The notes under the pieces are model-generated. The model did no database searches and had not been told where the DNA came from. It was given only the letters and a program-made list of their open reading frames with translations. From Rhizophagus irregularis (Eukaryota), in contig NC_089429.1 of NCBI RefSeq assembly GCF_026210795.1, positions 5,208,001 to 5,272,000 of the forward strand: DNA of 64,000 nt, written 5' to 3'. This document shows positions 23,401-36,229 of this stretch, piece by piece. A program made the translations under genes and the position numbers. The first letter of the stretch is position 1, and each line of letters begins with the position of its first letter.

Positions 23401-25001
23401 ACAATATTTTACAATTAAATTTTATATGTTAATAATATACAATAATATGATATATGTTAATAAATTACTAATACTACAATTAAAGTTAACTATCGTACGA
23501 TGACTAAAAAATACTGTTGCTATACGCGTTTTTAATATCAATATACGCATTTTTATACATTGTATACGCGGTTTTAAACTATTGTTGTTTTACTACGTGT
23601 AGCTTTACATTTAAATCGGTGTTGTTTTACGCATTTTTAAACGTTTTTAAGTAGCGTTGATTGACAAAGGGTTCGTTTTCCTACATTTTTTGGCGTTGAG
23701 CAACACATGGCGTTTTTCAACACTTTATACGCCTGTTTAAAACTTGCTGATGAGGATTAAATGATTTTCCAATCACAAGAGGACGAAATTTGTGATTTCC
23801 CGTAGCATTAGTGCAAAAAAGAATAGAAATCCGATTTTTATCCTATAAAAAAAATAAAAAAATATTAAGATCATTTAATTTATTTAATAAAACAAATTCT
23901 AAAATAAACTTACTATTTTATAACCTGATGTTGGACTGGTACCTAATGTTTGATTTGGTTCCATTCTAAAAAAAAGGCATGTTTCGTCTGCATTATAAAT
24001 GTCTTCCTTATCATACTTAGCTAAAAGTGCACGTGAACGTGCACGTTCTTCTGGAAGACTTTCAATAGGCGCACTGTTAGCTTCTCCTGACAACTTAATT
24101 TTATGGATTCCATTTCGTTTTTTAAACCTATACACCCAACCATTAGCACACTTTAATTTATCATCCATATTAAACATCTTTGCAAATTCCAGCCCTTTTT
24201 GTTGTAATATCATATCACTTAATGGAAGTCCAGCAGCTATTGCTTGTGATGTCCAAATTTGCATAGCTTTATCAACTTCAGGAAATTGAACAGAACGTTG
24301 ATGAAATGTATGTGAAAATTGTGAAGTAGAAAGAACTGAAAGCCATTTTTGCTTGTTTTTCCATATTTTATTAATAGTTGTTCTTTGAATATTTAATCCT
24401 ATATATTTTTCATTAAAAAATGAAGCAACATCACTTTGTTTTATGTTAGGATTTGCTACCATAAATTCACAAATCTCTTTTTTTATTAGTCCGGAGCGAA
24501 GCGAAAGACTATATACTATTCGTTTCGGTTTCACAAATGTCCCGATGTCCGCCTGCTCACTGTTTGAGTCGATATCCATACATTCGTATTGGTTCTATCG
24601 GTTATTTCGGTTAACGTCACTCTTTGTTTATTCATGTGACAAAAATAAAAATAAAAATAGAACAAAGATTTGCTTGTTTGATTACGTTATACCGTTTATT
24701 TTTATACCGTTTATTTTTTAATTAATAATTAATCAAAATTAAAATAGAATAAAATCATAAAATCATAATTTTTTTTTTATTCAATTTTCTATTTATTTAA
24801 TGTAACGAAAAAAAAAATAATATTGTTTAAACTGAACTTTATAATGACGAAACCACTTTGATTTTTTTTCGATATATCTTCTTTTTATCTGAAACAATAA
24901 AAAGTAAATAATTAAGCGCGCGTCTTGCAAATATATAATACATCCCGCGTCTTTCTAAAATAATAAAAATAAGAAAATACCCCAACTTGTCCTCTATCGA
25001 G

Positions 25002-28000
25002 CTATCCTGGAGGTAAGCCTTTTTCCTCCGCCTTCCTTTCCTGTAACCTGCTGCTATTTTTAATACGTTGAAGTCTGTCAAACGTAAATTGTCTGAAATA
25101 AATGTCGCTAAGAGAACGAATGCGTGACGCCACTACGAATGTCAATCCTGCAGCGAACTCTTTACTTCCAATATCTATTTTAGCCTTTGACAACGTCAGA
25201 CCCTGACTTTTGTGCACGGTTATTGCCCACGCTAGGCAGAGAGGAACTTGTTGTCTGGAACATATCGTCCCAGACTTACCTTCCCAACTTCTTTTAATGG
25301 GTACTATTGGAACAACATGGTCTCCTTCTGTCGATGTTATGGTGGGTCCTTCATACGCGTCGAACTTGACGAAAACTGCTGCTGGAAGTGATGGTAGACC
25401 TTGATTTTTGAACAGTATGTCATGAACGGTTCCGATCAATCCGTTCACTAATCCTCCTTTGGTCCACAGGTTTGCTGTGAGCATTACTCGAGCTCCTTTT
25501 GCCAATAATAACTGAGGTTCAAGTCCCTTTGCCACATCCGAACTGGCTTTTTTGGCTTCGTTTCCGCCGGTATGAACTGCCATAATCTTGGCCACAGGTC
25601 GCTTCAAAGATCTGAGCTTCTCTATATTGATTTTGTCAACATCGTTCCACGTTGTTAATAAGAATACAGCATCTGAAAATCTTTCACATTCCTGCTGATT
25701 TAGATTCTCTTCGAACCGTGTACTGAGTATCTTCCAATCGTCAAGGCTGCTTTCCCCATCACGCATCCTTAGAAGTATGTCACGGAATTCTTTTTGTTCG
25801 TTTGAATTACCTGTTTGCCTTAGAATTACGTTGAGCTTGAATACTTCTCTTATATGTTTATATGCAGCTATACCTTTATTAGAATTTCCGTCTACACTTG
25901 TGTTCTTGAAGAACATAGGAACGTCAAGTACTGGCGGTAATTGACCAAAATCGCCAAGTAATATGATGGATCTTCCTCCGAAGGGCTCTTTGGAATTTTT
26001 GGGAAAAGCCTGTCTTAATCTCATGTCTATTACCGCGAGCATTCGACGTCCGACCATGCTTTTCTCGTCAATTATTAGATAAATTACTTTTTTTAACCTT
26101 TCTTGTAATTGTTTCAGTCGCCTGCTATCAAGTTCGAGGTTTTTTGGGTTGCGTATTGGTATGGAAAGCGTTGAGTGTATCATTGATCCATTTATATTAA
26201 AGGCTGCTATACCCGTAGGTGCGATAACCAGAACCGGAGAATCAGTATTGGTTCCTGCCATTTCGTGAAGTTTCTGCCATATCATCTTGATAAGATACGA
26301 CTTTCCCGTACCAGCGGTTCCCATTATCATAATCCTTAACGCTTTGACCTTCTTCCCGTTGAGAATATTATTGTAATGTGATTCTATTTGTGTGAAGATT
26401 TTTTTTTGATTTTCGTTTAACTTCCAGTAATCTATTGAATCAATATCAACTTCTCTTCCGTCTAATATCCCAGAATTCAAGGCGTTCTTAATGAATTCGT
26501 CAACATTAGCAATATCGTTATTGGAGTAGTTTTGTTGTGCGTCAGTTATCCAATCGTGATTCTAATCCATATCACGAGAACCAAGGTCGGATGCGCAATG
26601 TATGATCACTTTGGGTCCCATCTTTGCGAGCCGCATCCAGTCGTATCTATATTGTTCCTCATCCTCATCTTTGTCCTCTTCGAACGGTAGTTCGTCTTCA
26701 CTATCTTCATCATAAACCTCTTCTTCGTCAACGGGTTGTCTGAGCAAGTCCTGTGGTGCATCGTTTATCGTATCTATATGTTGATCGTATAAGGTAGACA
26801 AATTGATATTGCCGTTTTCTGTAAGTACTTGCGTTTTGCGATGTCGGACGTGGAGTAGAACTTTACTCTGCAATAAGCCTCCCATTGATCTCCGTTATGA
26901 TAAGATGATGGACGAGGCCAGACGCGAACTATGTTTTCTTTCTTACACTTTTTCCATTGACCCCTGGAAAACCTATGCGTAAGGTATAATTCAAATAACG
27001 AATAATCTTCTAATTCTTCTGGTCGTTCCCAATATCTTTTTAAAGCTGATTGAGTTGTACGTCCAGTGTCTTCTACATTATCTCCACTACCTGTTCTTTG
27101 GATCCACCTTAATCCTTCCTCGTTAACATTTAAAGATACAAAGGAATGACTTGAATGATATAGTGCAGTTCCATTAAGGAGGTGACAGGTTTCCTGAGCT
27201 GATATGTCGCGTTCCGACACGCTGTTGAGTAGGAGTTTCTGAATTGGAGAAAGTGAAGAATCGTCAGGATTGCTGTTGTCAAGAATTTGCTTGAAGATCT
27301 CAGAGAATGCCAGTGAACTTGGTTCCGCTTTACTGGCATATTTTGATATATATTGGAGCGCTGCGTGAATGCTAAGAATAGGCTTTAAATCCACATTTGC
27401 TCTCCATCCCTGTAGCTGTATTCTGTTATGTGGATTAATGTAAGGATTGTTTCTTGCCATAAGTAATTCTGGCTGCCCGTTTTTATCATCACGTATTAAT
27501 GTGCTTCTGATGTGTTCCTTAGGGTACCCAAATCTACATGTTTGCACTCCTTCACGATTTGTGCGTATGCAGTACGATGGGCTGCATCTCGTGTGATGCT
27601 GAAGTTTGTTGATTAATTCGATATAATCTTGTAAGCCATCATCGATTTCACTGCTATCTTTTTGGCATGGGTGCTTCTCAGGTACGGGTGCATGTATTGC
27701 TGGATTTATTGTGGTGATTATAGAATCAATGTAATCAATTACGTTCTTCATCTCTTCTTCGTTGTTTTTTAAATTCTTCCATTCAATAGTGGGTGCGTTG
27801 CATTTCTTTCCAATACCGTGCACGTGGACGCTCCCTCTGTGCTGCCATTCATACCGAAACCACCAGTCCTCGAGGTCTCATTTTTCCTTAAGCACATTAT
27901 TAAAAAAACTTTCGAATCTTTTGGTAAAGAACCAAGCCGCGATATGAGGGTTATTAATGACTTTTGATTGAGCGTCTCCATCATCTGGCATGAGTCGATG

Positions 28001-29622
28001 AAGGTTAGGCCAGTGAAAGTCTGCTGTGCGGAATGTATAAAATATTAGACCTTTGTGTCCTATTTGCTTTATCATGTCTGTAAGTTCACCACGTTTTGCT
28101 ATCCAAAATTGCCTTGTCCCTCTTAGCCCTTCCCCGTATCTCATTATTCTGTCTGCTAATTGTTGATCTCCATTGGATATCATCTCTAGAATGTCGGACA
28201 CGTCAAGCTGTTTTTCGCTTAAATTCCGTCGGACATATACCTTTCCTTCTTGCAAATCTCTCCATCGCATCGTAGAATTTAATGCGAAGTACCTTCATCT
28301 CGAGTGACGTCCAAATCGTCCATCTTTGAACCAGAGTAAGTGTTTAAAATACTCTGCTGGCTTGATATCTAGTGGACGATTAGATCTGAGATCACCTTTT
28401 CCATATGGATATAGAGTCGGAAACGCCCTCGCAATATACCCTGGTGTTTGGAATTCGTTTATTGGACTTCCGTCAATCTCAGGCCACAATACTGGTTGCT
28501 CGTTGCTTTGTATGCGATCAAGTGTATCGTTAATAATGGCATTTTCTCTTTGCGTTGAAGGTAAGGCAGGCACAAACGAACGAGTTATTGCGTCGCTCTT
28601 GTCGTGTCCATTTTCATTTTTGTTTTCGTTTGAAATATCATCCATCTCATCAATTATTTGGTCAGATCTTATCTGATGTATCTGATTAATGATAGAACCG
28701 TTTTGAGGTAATGATTTAAGTATTTCATCGTCAATGATTATATCTTCGTAATAAGGGTTATTTGCTTTTAACCAATATAGCGCTTTTGCTATTTTTTCGT
28801 GGCGTACGGTGAAATCTCTAAATCCTGATGTGTCGTTTGCTGATTCTCGTCGCACTACTAGAATGTCTAATGATGAAGGATTTTGTGAAAGGCGCCTTGT
28901 GAACTCCCGAACGTCTTGCGGAAATTAATCACATTGTCTTTGTAGCCGTTTTGTCCACCTTGTAATCGATATACTGACATCACCATAAAAACCTGCGCAA
29001 TGAGCATCTCTTCGATGTTGGTAAGTCCCTGAAGTTCATCAGGAACCTCGCCTGGGTCCATGTTATTATCCGCAGAAAATTTTTTTGGTGTCTTTTTGTC
29101 GTTGTGGTAATGACGACACTCGCCCATGATGAGAGTCATATCGGGAATCCGTTCGTTACATTCGGGGCAAGTATTATACTGTATGTTATCCATTTTGTTA
29201 CAAAATTTCTGCAATACTTTGTGATCGTCCTCGCTAATATTAGTAGACGATGTTGACCTGACATGCATGTTTCTATTATCAGGCTCTCTTTGAATATGTT
29301 CATTATCATTTGGTTCGTTTATTTGCTGATCTTGCAGTTGATTCTTATTACGAGCTCTCAACACGCGTTTACGATTACTTTTATGTGCTAAGCGAATAAC
29401 ACGTTCATCGTCCCTCTCCATTTCTTTTTTATTATTTCTTCTTTTGCGAAGGCTTTCTAGACGTTCATTACGTTTATTTTCACTTTCTTTCGCTCACTTT
29501 TGACGTTTTCTTTCACTTTCTCGATTTAGTCGAGCTTGCCTTTGTTCCGGCGTCTCCTGTGCTTTAGCTTTTCGCTTTCGAATCATTTCGGGATTAACAT
29601 TTTCGTATGTATTGTCAGACAT
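25002..29622 (-). pseudogene. Disrupted RepHel: DUF6570-like region, HUH Rep domain, PIF1 helicase
   Basis: DPGEVPDELQGLTNIEEMLIA; RYEWQHRGSVHVHG (HUH); YISKYASK; GTAGTGKS, IIDEKSMVG, GDFGQLPPV, AITVHKSQGLTL; several stops (e.g. 28295, 27878, 26562) and frameshifts. Confidence 0.92.
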
Positions 29623-29722
29623 TTCTCAAAATATTTGATCTTTATAATCAAAACTACCATTTCTTAAAAAAAAAATCCGATCTTTATATTTTTGTAGAAT
29701 TTTACTTTATAAGCTCTGCAAT

Positions 29723-29802
29723 CTGTCAAGAACAATCCATCCATGCGCCATTGAGAAAATGACTGTCAAGAACAATCCATCCGTGCGGCATTGAGAAAAT
29801 GA
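29723..29802. repeat. 40-bp tandem duplication upstream of RepHel
   Basis: ctgtcaagaacaatccatcc(a/g)tgcg(c/g)cattgagaaaatga twice. Confidence 0.85.
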
Positions 29803-31226
29803 TCAATGTTATAGCTAAATCGAGAATAATTAGTTTAAATGATGTACACACTTTATTGTTATTCTTTATTGTTATTCTTTACATTGTTATTCTTTACATT
29901 GTTATTAGGTAATTTATTACATATAAAAAAACATTTACATTGAAGACATTTTGATCTTATATTTTTCGCTTTATTTGATAGTGATTTGAATTGAATTAAT
30001 ATTACAAACGTTAAATTTTAATTATTATGACTTTTTTTTCGAATACTTATAACCGTTAAATAAATTTTTGATTTTGTAAATTTCATGGCTTATCACCATA
30101 TTACATTTGTACGAAATATGGTTATTCATGGCTTATAATATGAACCTCGTGGCTAATTTATTAACGTATTACATAAATAATAAATTTGACTAGCTATTGT
30201 GTTACGTTCGTTAACTACCTTTCTCCCGTGATTGCTTCAATCAAATTTATCTGTGTTTAGTTAAATTTACTCATGTTTAATTAAGTCGCTTTTCGCTCTG
30301 GACTCCCAACGGTTCCCGTTCCCTAGTATTAATACTAATTGCAGTACGAGTTTGTTGTGTTAGATTTATTTTTTGTGAACGAATAGGTGGCATGATAAAA
30401 TAACAAAAATAACAGAATTTATTGAATAAAACGCGCAAACTGCATAACGCGTACCTTATCAGTTATTTTATAAATCACGTGATTTGTGTGCTTATGCAGG
30501 GGGGATTTTACATATATTTACTATAATATGGGTCCAACGTTTGGTGTGATTGTACTTATAACTAATAAAGTGATTATAAAAGGGGTATTTTATATATATA
30601 TAAATTCGGACTAAAAAATGTGTGCCTTAAGAAGGGGAGTTCTTATATAGGAGGTGCCTATAAAGGGGGTCGACTGTATATCCAGTATTTAGTGTGTTAA
30701 AAACTTTAACAACTCTTGTAATGTGTCTTTATTAAAGTTATGCCGTAATATTTTTTGATTTTATTTATTACGAAAAATTCCAAGATAATTGTTTCTTTAC
30801 TATTGTATTATTATTAAAAGCAATGCCCCCTGAATATCATCTCTAATAATAGTATATTATCGAGTGCATCTTTTAATTCATTAGGAAATTGGAAATTGTA
30901 ATATTACATCATATTTGCAATTAAACGGTATATTTGATAAGCAAATTACTGGGAAAGTGTCCTTTATTAACAAATAGCACATTCATTGATTACCAATCTG
31001 GCAACTGGTGAAATTAGAAAGCTTTTATAGGATTTATTCACCAATTTATATTACATAACATGCTTGGGAAATCATGAGAGAAATAAAATGAGACCGTTTA
31101 TTTTTCGCGTTTTGCAATTGTTTCATATCACATTTTAAAAAACTTTCAAGGTACTGATAAATTTTTCTTTTTTATGTATTTAATGATTATATTATTTTAA
31201 AAGGTATTTTTTTTATTTTTTAGAAT

Positions 31227-32727
31227 ATGGTTCGTGGAAATTTTCAAGTTCGTCGTGCTAGAGTTTCACAGAAAAAAAACGTCAATGGTCAGCAAGAGAA
31301 AAGTTAATGATAATCGCAAATTATGAGCAAGGTCATAGCAAGCGGTCAAAGCAGATAAATTCGAAATTGAACCAAAACAACTTTGTGAATGGTTAAGGAA
31401 TAAAGATCAACTTATGAAAGTAGCTCCTTATGTTCAAAAACTTGTCCGAGGTGCACGCCCAAAATACCAACAGCTTGAAGTTGAGTTAATGGAATGGTTT
31501 AAAGACTCACGAAGACAGTTAAAAACTGTTTCATGTTACATGATTCAAGCAAAGGCGCGCTCCCTAGCCAAAAAACCAGTATATTTAAGGGTATATCCAG
31601 ATATAAAAGAGGCGAAATTTTCACAAAAATGGGTTGATGGGTTTATGTCCCGTCATAATTTAGTTAACAGGAGAAAGACAACAATTGCTCAACGGCTTGA
31701 TGATTATGTTAAGCAACAAAATCAATTTTTATCTTATGTTCTTTTTCGTAGAAGAGAACATAACTACCCATTATCTTTAATTGCAAATATGGATGAAACG
31801 CCTATGGCGTTTAATTTGACAAGTAACACAACAGTTGAACATCGTGGTACTAAATCCGTTTCTATTTTATCTACTGGGCATGAACGCTCAAATTTTACTG
31901 TTGTTTTAGCTTGTATGGCCAATGGTGAAAAATTACCACCAGTAATTATTTTCAAACTTGTAAATGTTCCGCGAGAAGATTTTCCTGATGGAGTAATTGT
32001 TCGTGCTAATCCCAATGGTTGGATGAATGAAGAAGAGATGTCTTGGTGGTTAGAAAATATCTGGACAAGACGCGCAAGACAAGGCACAAACCCAAGATCT
32101 CTTTTAGTGTTAGATTCTTTTTCTGCACATAAAACTGATGCTATCAAACGTCGATTTCGTAGAAAAAATACCGATTTGGCTGTTATTCCAGGTGGATTAA
32201 CTTCTCGCTTACAACCACTTGATGTATCATTGAATAAACCTTTTAAAGCTAAGGTAATTTTATTCATCAAAATTTTTTCATTATTTTAAACATAAAATTG
32301 ATATTATTTTTGAATAAATTAGATGCGACATCTTTACAATCACTGGATGAATGAAACCGTTAAAGATTATACTCCATCAGGAAAAATTAAGAGGCCATCT
32401 TACTCACTTGTGGCGAATTGGGTAAAAGCAAGTTGGGATGCAATTGATCCCAATATGATTATGCGTTCATTCAAATGTTGTGGTGTTTCAAATGCAATGG
32501 ATGGGTCGGAAGATGGTTTGATATCCAATTTTAATAAAGTACAAAATGTAAATAATACAGGGAGAGGAATCGAAGAAGAAGATGAAAGTTATGAAGGAAG
32601 TAGTGATAGTGATTATGAAACAGATGATAATAGTGAATATAGTTCGGATGGTAGTAATAGCGAATGCTCAGATTGTGATTATTATGAAAGAAATGAAGAG
32701 CGTAATGTGCTTTAAGACTGGAATTAA
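31227..32727 (+). pseudogene. Pogo A transposase (HTH + DDE_1), frameshifted
   Basis: NMDETP, VLDSFSAH, QPLDVSLN; intron 32254-32322; two 1-nt frameshifts near 31280 and 31350; probable premature TAA at 32713. Confidence 0.88.
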
Positions 32728-33368
32728 TAGTGTTAATATATCAGAATCATCAAAATCGCATTTGTAATAGTTTTTTTTGTTACAAAATATATAAATTTGT
32801 TGTATTCAAAGTTTTATTATAATAAATACTGTATGATACAAAAATTTTAAAAATTTTAAAATAATAAATACATATTAGATTATACTATAATAAACAAAGT
32901 TCATGGAGAAGTTTAAAAATAATAAAATGCTACTTTTACCGAAAGTTATATTATACCCGGGTCTTATATAAAATAACCATGAAAAAAATTAGATTATACT
33001 CGGGTCTAAACCTAGGAAATTTATTTTATATCTAATATTATACCCGGATCTTTTGCCGTGGGGGTATTCTCAAAAGAGGATATCTTGTGCAGTGCGGTAC
33101 GGTACTTTGGCCCGCTCGTAATTTTAAATAATCCAAATTATAAGCTGTCATTACGTTATACAAGAAAAATCACTTTAAATAAAATAATAATTTACTGAAT
33201 TACTATGGTACACCTATACATTTAAATAAAATAAAATAACTTTATATGTATTATATAATAAGTGTTTAAATGGTATTCCTAATATTTGCAATAACTCTAA
33301 AACTGATTTTCCTTTGATATATATTGCTTACTTTAACCTTAAAATTTATTTTTATTCTTCTCATTGCT

Positions 33369-35896
33369 TCATATTATTCCTTTCAATTTATACAATCTAT
33401 AAAATAATTTAAAAATTATTAAAACTTCTTAATTAAAAACAAACAAACAAATAAATAAATGAATGAAACAAACTCCAAGGAATCGACAATTCCTCCAATT
33501 TCTCTTGAAATAAATTCCGAAAGTAGACGAGATGTATAAATAGCTTGTGTACAAATTGATTGATTATTTTTTAAAAGATAAAAAATTTTCCTTTCTGTAT
33601 ACTTCTGTTACTTTAAATCGCTCTTCAATATCATAGTGTCGTTGTTCCTTTTCCTTAAAATTTTGATCTAATGAATGGTAAAATAAATAAATTGATTCTT
33701 TTATTTCAAAAGTATTTGGTCTATTATCCGGATTTGGATCCCAACACTTCTTCATTAAGTCAATATAACATTTTGGTGTTATTTTATCATTAACTTCAGG
33801 TCTAATTCTATTACATATATCTAATGCTAGATGACTATCATGAGCACGATTACCAAAAGGTTGTTTTCCTGTCGCTACAAAATACATAATCATGCCAAAG
33901 CTATATATATCTGCTGACTGAGTATAAAGTTTACCTTTTAATACCTCAGGAGCTACATAAGGCATAACTCCATAAATTTTAGTTTCATCTATATTACAAA
34001 CTTCTCCACATAATCCCATATCTGAAATATACACATTGAAATCCTGTACGTTATCTGTTGAAAATAATATATTTCCTGTATGAAAATCACGATGAACCAT
34101 CTGTTTTTGATGAATTTTATCAAGACCCTCAATAATATTAGTTAATATTTTTAATCCATTAAACCAATCAAAATTTTCCAGATTTTTATTTATATAATTA
34201 TTTAAACTTCCACCTTTTGCATAATCAAGGACCATAATATAATCCTTTGTATCTGGATTTTGAGATATTCCATATATATTGATAATAAATTCAGAATTTA
34301 ATATTAAATGTGCTTTAACCTATAGAAACATAAAAATGTAAAATATTGTTAAATAAACAAAAAAGGTAAATTCTAAAATTTATCATGACATTTCATACCT
34401 CATTTAGAATTTCATTAGTAGTATTTTGAGAGTTATACAAAATTTTTAGAGCAACTTCTTTATTGGATTTTCTTATCCATTCCTTTTTATCATCAAAGTA
34501 ATATATTGGACCATCTTTCCATATTGCTGAATGTACTGTAGAAAACCCACCTTTTCCTATTTCTTTAACATTACTAAAATGATTGTATGGTATCAAATTA
34601 AAATTAATATTCTTTGATCCATTGCTTGTTCGCATTTCCTGAATGAAACTATCAATTTTTTCATTTCTAAAATGGCTATACCATTCATACTGCATATGAT
34701 GACATGGGTTATACCATTCATACCGCATATCTATATATGTTTTTTCACATTTTACACATTTTTCATGATATTTATCTTGAATAATCATAACATAAACTTT
34801 TGTACGAGGATTTTGGGATATTCCATATATAATATTATCATCATAATAATTGATCGAATATGTTTTAACCTATTAAAGTATGAAAAAAAAATCAGACAAA
34901 AAAAAAATATTAAATCAATAGAAAATTTCGTACCTCATTTAAAAAAAATTCATTAGTTGCATTCTGTAAACATTTCAAAGCAACTTTTTTATTTGGTTCT
35001 CTCGTCCATCCAGTCGTATATTCATAATGTAATGGGCCATCCTTCCATATTGCTGAATATACCACACAAATATTATCTTCGCCTATTTTATTAATATTAT
35101 CAAACCGATCATATGGTATCCATTCAAATACTATAGTACATGAATTACTAACACTTAATTGCATTTCTTGAATGTAATTATCGACTTCTTTATTTCCACT
35201 GTTACCATTTATAAAATTTTTTCTTATAAGATTAATATGACATGAGTTACACCATTTATGTTCTATTTTTGTGCTACAACAAATTTTACAATATTTTTTA
35301 AAATATTCATTATGGAGAACCATAATATAATCTTTAGTATCTGGATTTTGAGAGATTCCATATATTTTAAGGATATTATTTGAACAATCAACTGAATATG
35401 TTTTAACCTATTATAAAGAATTTTATTGTCAAATTTTTTTTTTTAAAAAAAATTAAATTAAATTAAATAATATAATTTTCACCTCATTTATAATTTCATC
35501 GATGTTATATTGTAAATTAAACACACATTTTAAAGCAACTTTTTTACCAGACACTCTTGTTAATTTTCTTTTTAAATAACTGTAACTTAATGGACCGTCC
35601 TTCCATATTGCTGAATATACCTTAGAAGAATTACCTTTCACATCTTCTCTAATGTTATCAAACTGATTGTATGGTATCCATTCAAACACTATGTCACTCG
35701 GACCATCAATTTTTGATCGCATTTCTTGAATTAAACCATCAATATTTTCATTTCCACTGGTCCAATTTGCAAAATTTTCTTTTAAATATTTTGCTTGACA
35801 TGGTTTACACCATTCAGACTCCGCATTTAAATCATCTCCATAATGTTCACCACACTTATCACATTGTCCCCAATGAATTTGAGATGTCGATGACAT
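33369..35896 (-). CDS. TKL-like kinase with three tandem Cys-rich + N-lobe modules; paralog of 2452-5664
   Basis: Three N-lobe exons ending NE|, then C-lobe HRDFHTGN, DMG, YVAPE; 1-nt frameshift in an A-run near 33570 separates the AIYTSRLL tail. Confidence 0.85.
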
Positions 35897-36111
35897 TATG
35901 CCTTGAAGTCTTTGAAGTCGTAAAGCGTTAAAACAATGGATATCAAACTTTATTAATAGTATAATCGTTAAAAGCTACAATTTTCAAAATATATGCTGGA
36001 TATATACAACAATATACGGGTACTAAAAATTTTTTACTAGAATTTTGAAGAATAAATATTTTTTTTTTTTCAAAGAAAATGAACGAACGCCATGCTGCAG
36101 ATCAAATGCGC

Positions 36112-36130
36112 CGGAAAAAACAATGACCCG
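36112..36130. promoter_or_regulatory. Candidate CGG-N13-CCG motif, copy 3, in a divergent promoter
   Basis: CGGAAAAAACAATGACCCG between ATG 35896 (-) and ATG 36230 (+). Confidence 0.4.
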
Positions 36131-36229
36131 GATACCGATGTTGATCCACAATTGTGCTACTTGATTATTGTGTTACATATATGCAGGTGACAAAATTTTT
36201 TATTCTTTTTATTTTTTTTTTTGATAATT

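Larger units (their letters stand above)
20034..23752. mobile_element. Non-autonomous TIR element, CMC-like (CACTA/Mirage/Plavaka group), 3719 bp
   Basis: 13 bp perfect TIR CATCAGCAAGTTT; 2 bp TSD AG (20032-33, 23753-54); removal restores FNP-RCFK in the host transposase. Superfamily assignment is tentative. Confidence 0.85.
24487..30327. mobile_element. Helentron/Helitron2-type rolling-circle transposon (5841 bp)
   Basis: Subterminal IR AGTCC(G/A)GAGCGAA (24488-24500, 30292-30304); hairpin AACGG-TTC-CCGTT (30308-30320); ends CTAGT; no TSD; removal restores the pogo B reading frame. Confidence 0.88.
18951..30393 (-). pseudogene. Pogo B transposase (CENP-B-type HTH + DDE_1), about 580 aa once two insertions are removed
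   Basis: Segments 30393-30328 + 24486-23914, intron, 23842-23753 + 20031-19574, intron, 19506-18951 read through without stops. Motifs YNADET, FNPRCFK, KAWM, IDNAGSH, LPPNTT, QPMDAGII. Confidence 0.88.
18516..30676 (-). mobile_element. Pogo/Tigger-like DNA transposon B, inserted in A
   Basis: Imperfect TIR CAGTCAGCCCCCTCTA / CAGTCGACCCCCTTTA; TA on both flanks; encloses a minus-strand transposase. Confidence 0.85.
18312..33102 (+). mobile_element. Pogo-family DNA transposon A (outermost of the nest)
   Basis: TIR C(T/C)GTACCGCACTGCACAAGATA at 18312 and 33081-33102; TA on both flanks; transposase at 31227-32727. Confidence 0.92.

Noticed and set aside
24487..24579. ATG 24579 as the native pogo B start
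   Set aside because: It lies inside the Helentron; the native start is 30393.
25002..26480. Host PIF1 helicase gene, or a PIF1 captured as pogo cargo
   Set aside because: It is contiguous with a HUH Rep domain and bounded by Helentron termini that interrupt the pogo ORF.
31764..32270. Antisense or overlapping ORFs (also 13601, 19084, 19139, 19608, 23999, 28326, 36955, 42909, 63113, 63165)
   Set aside because: They are shadows of real coding sequence on another strand or frame.
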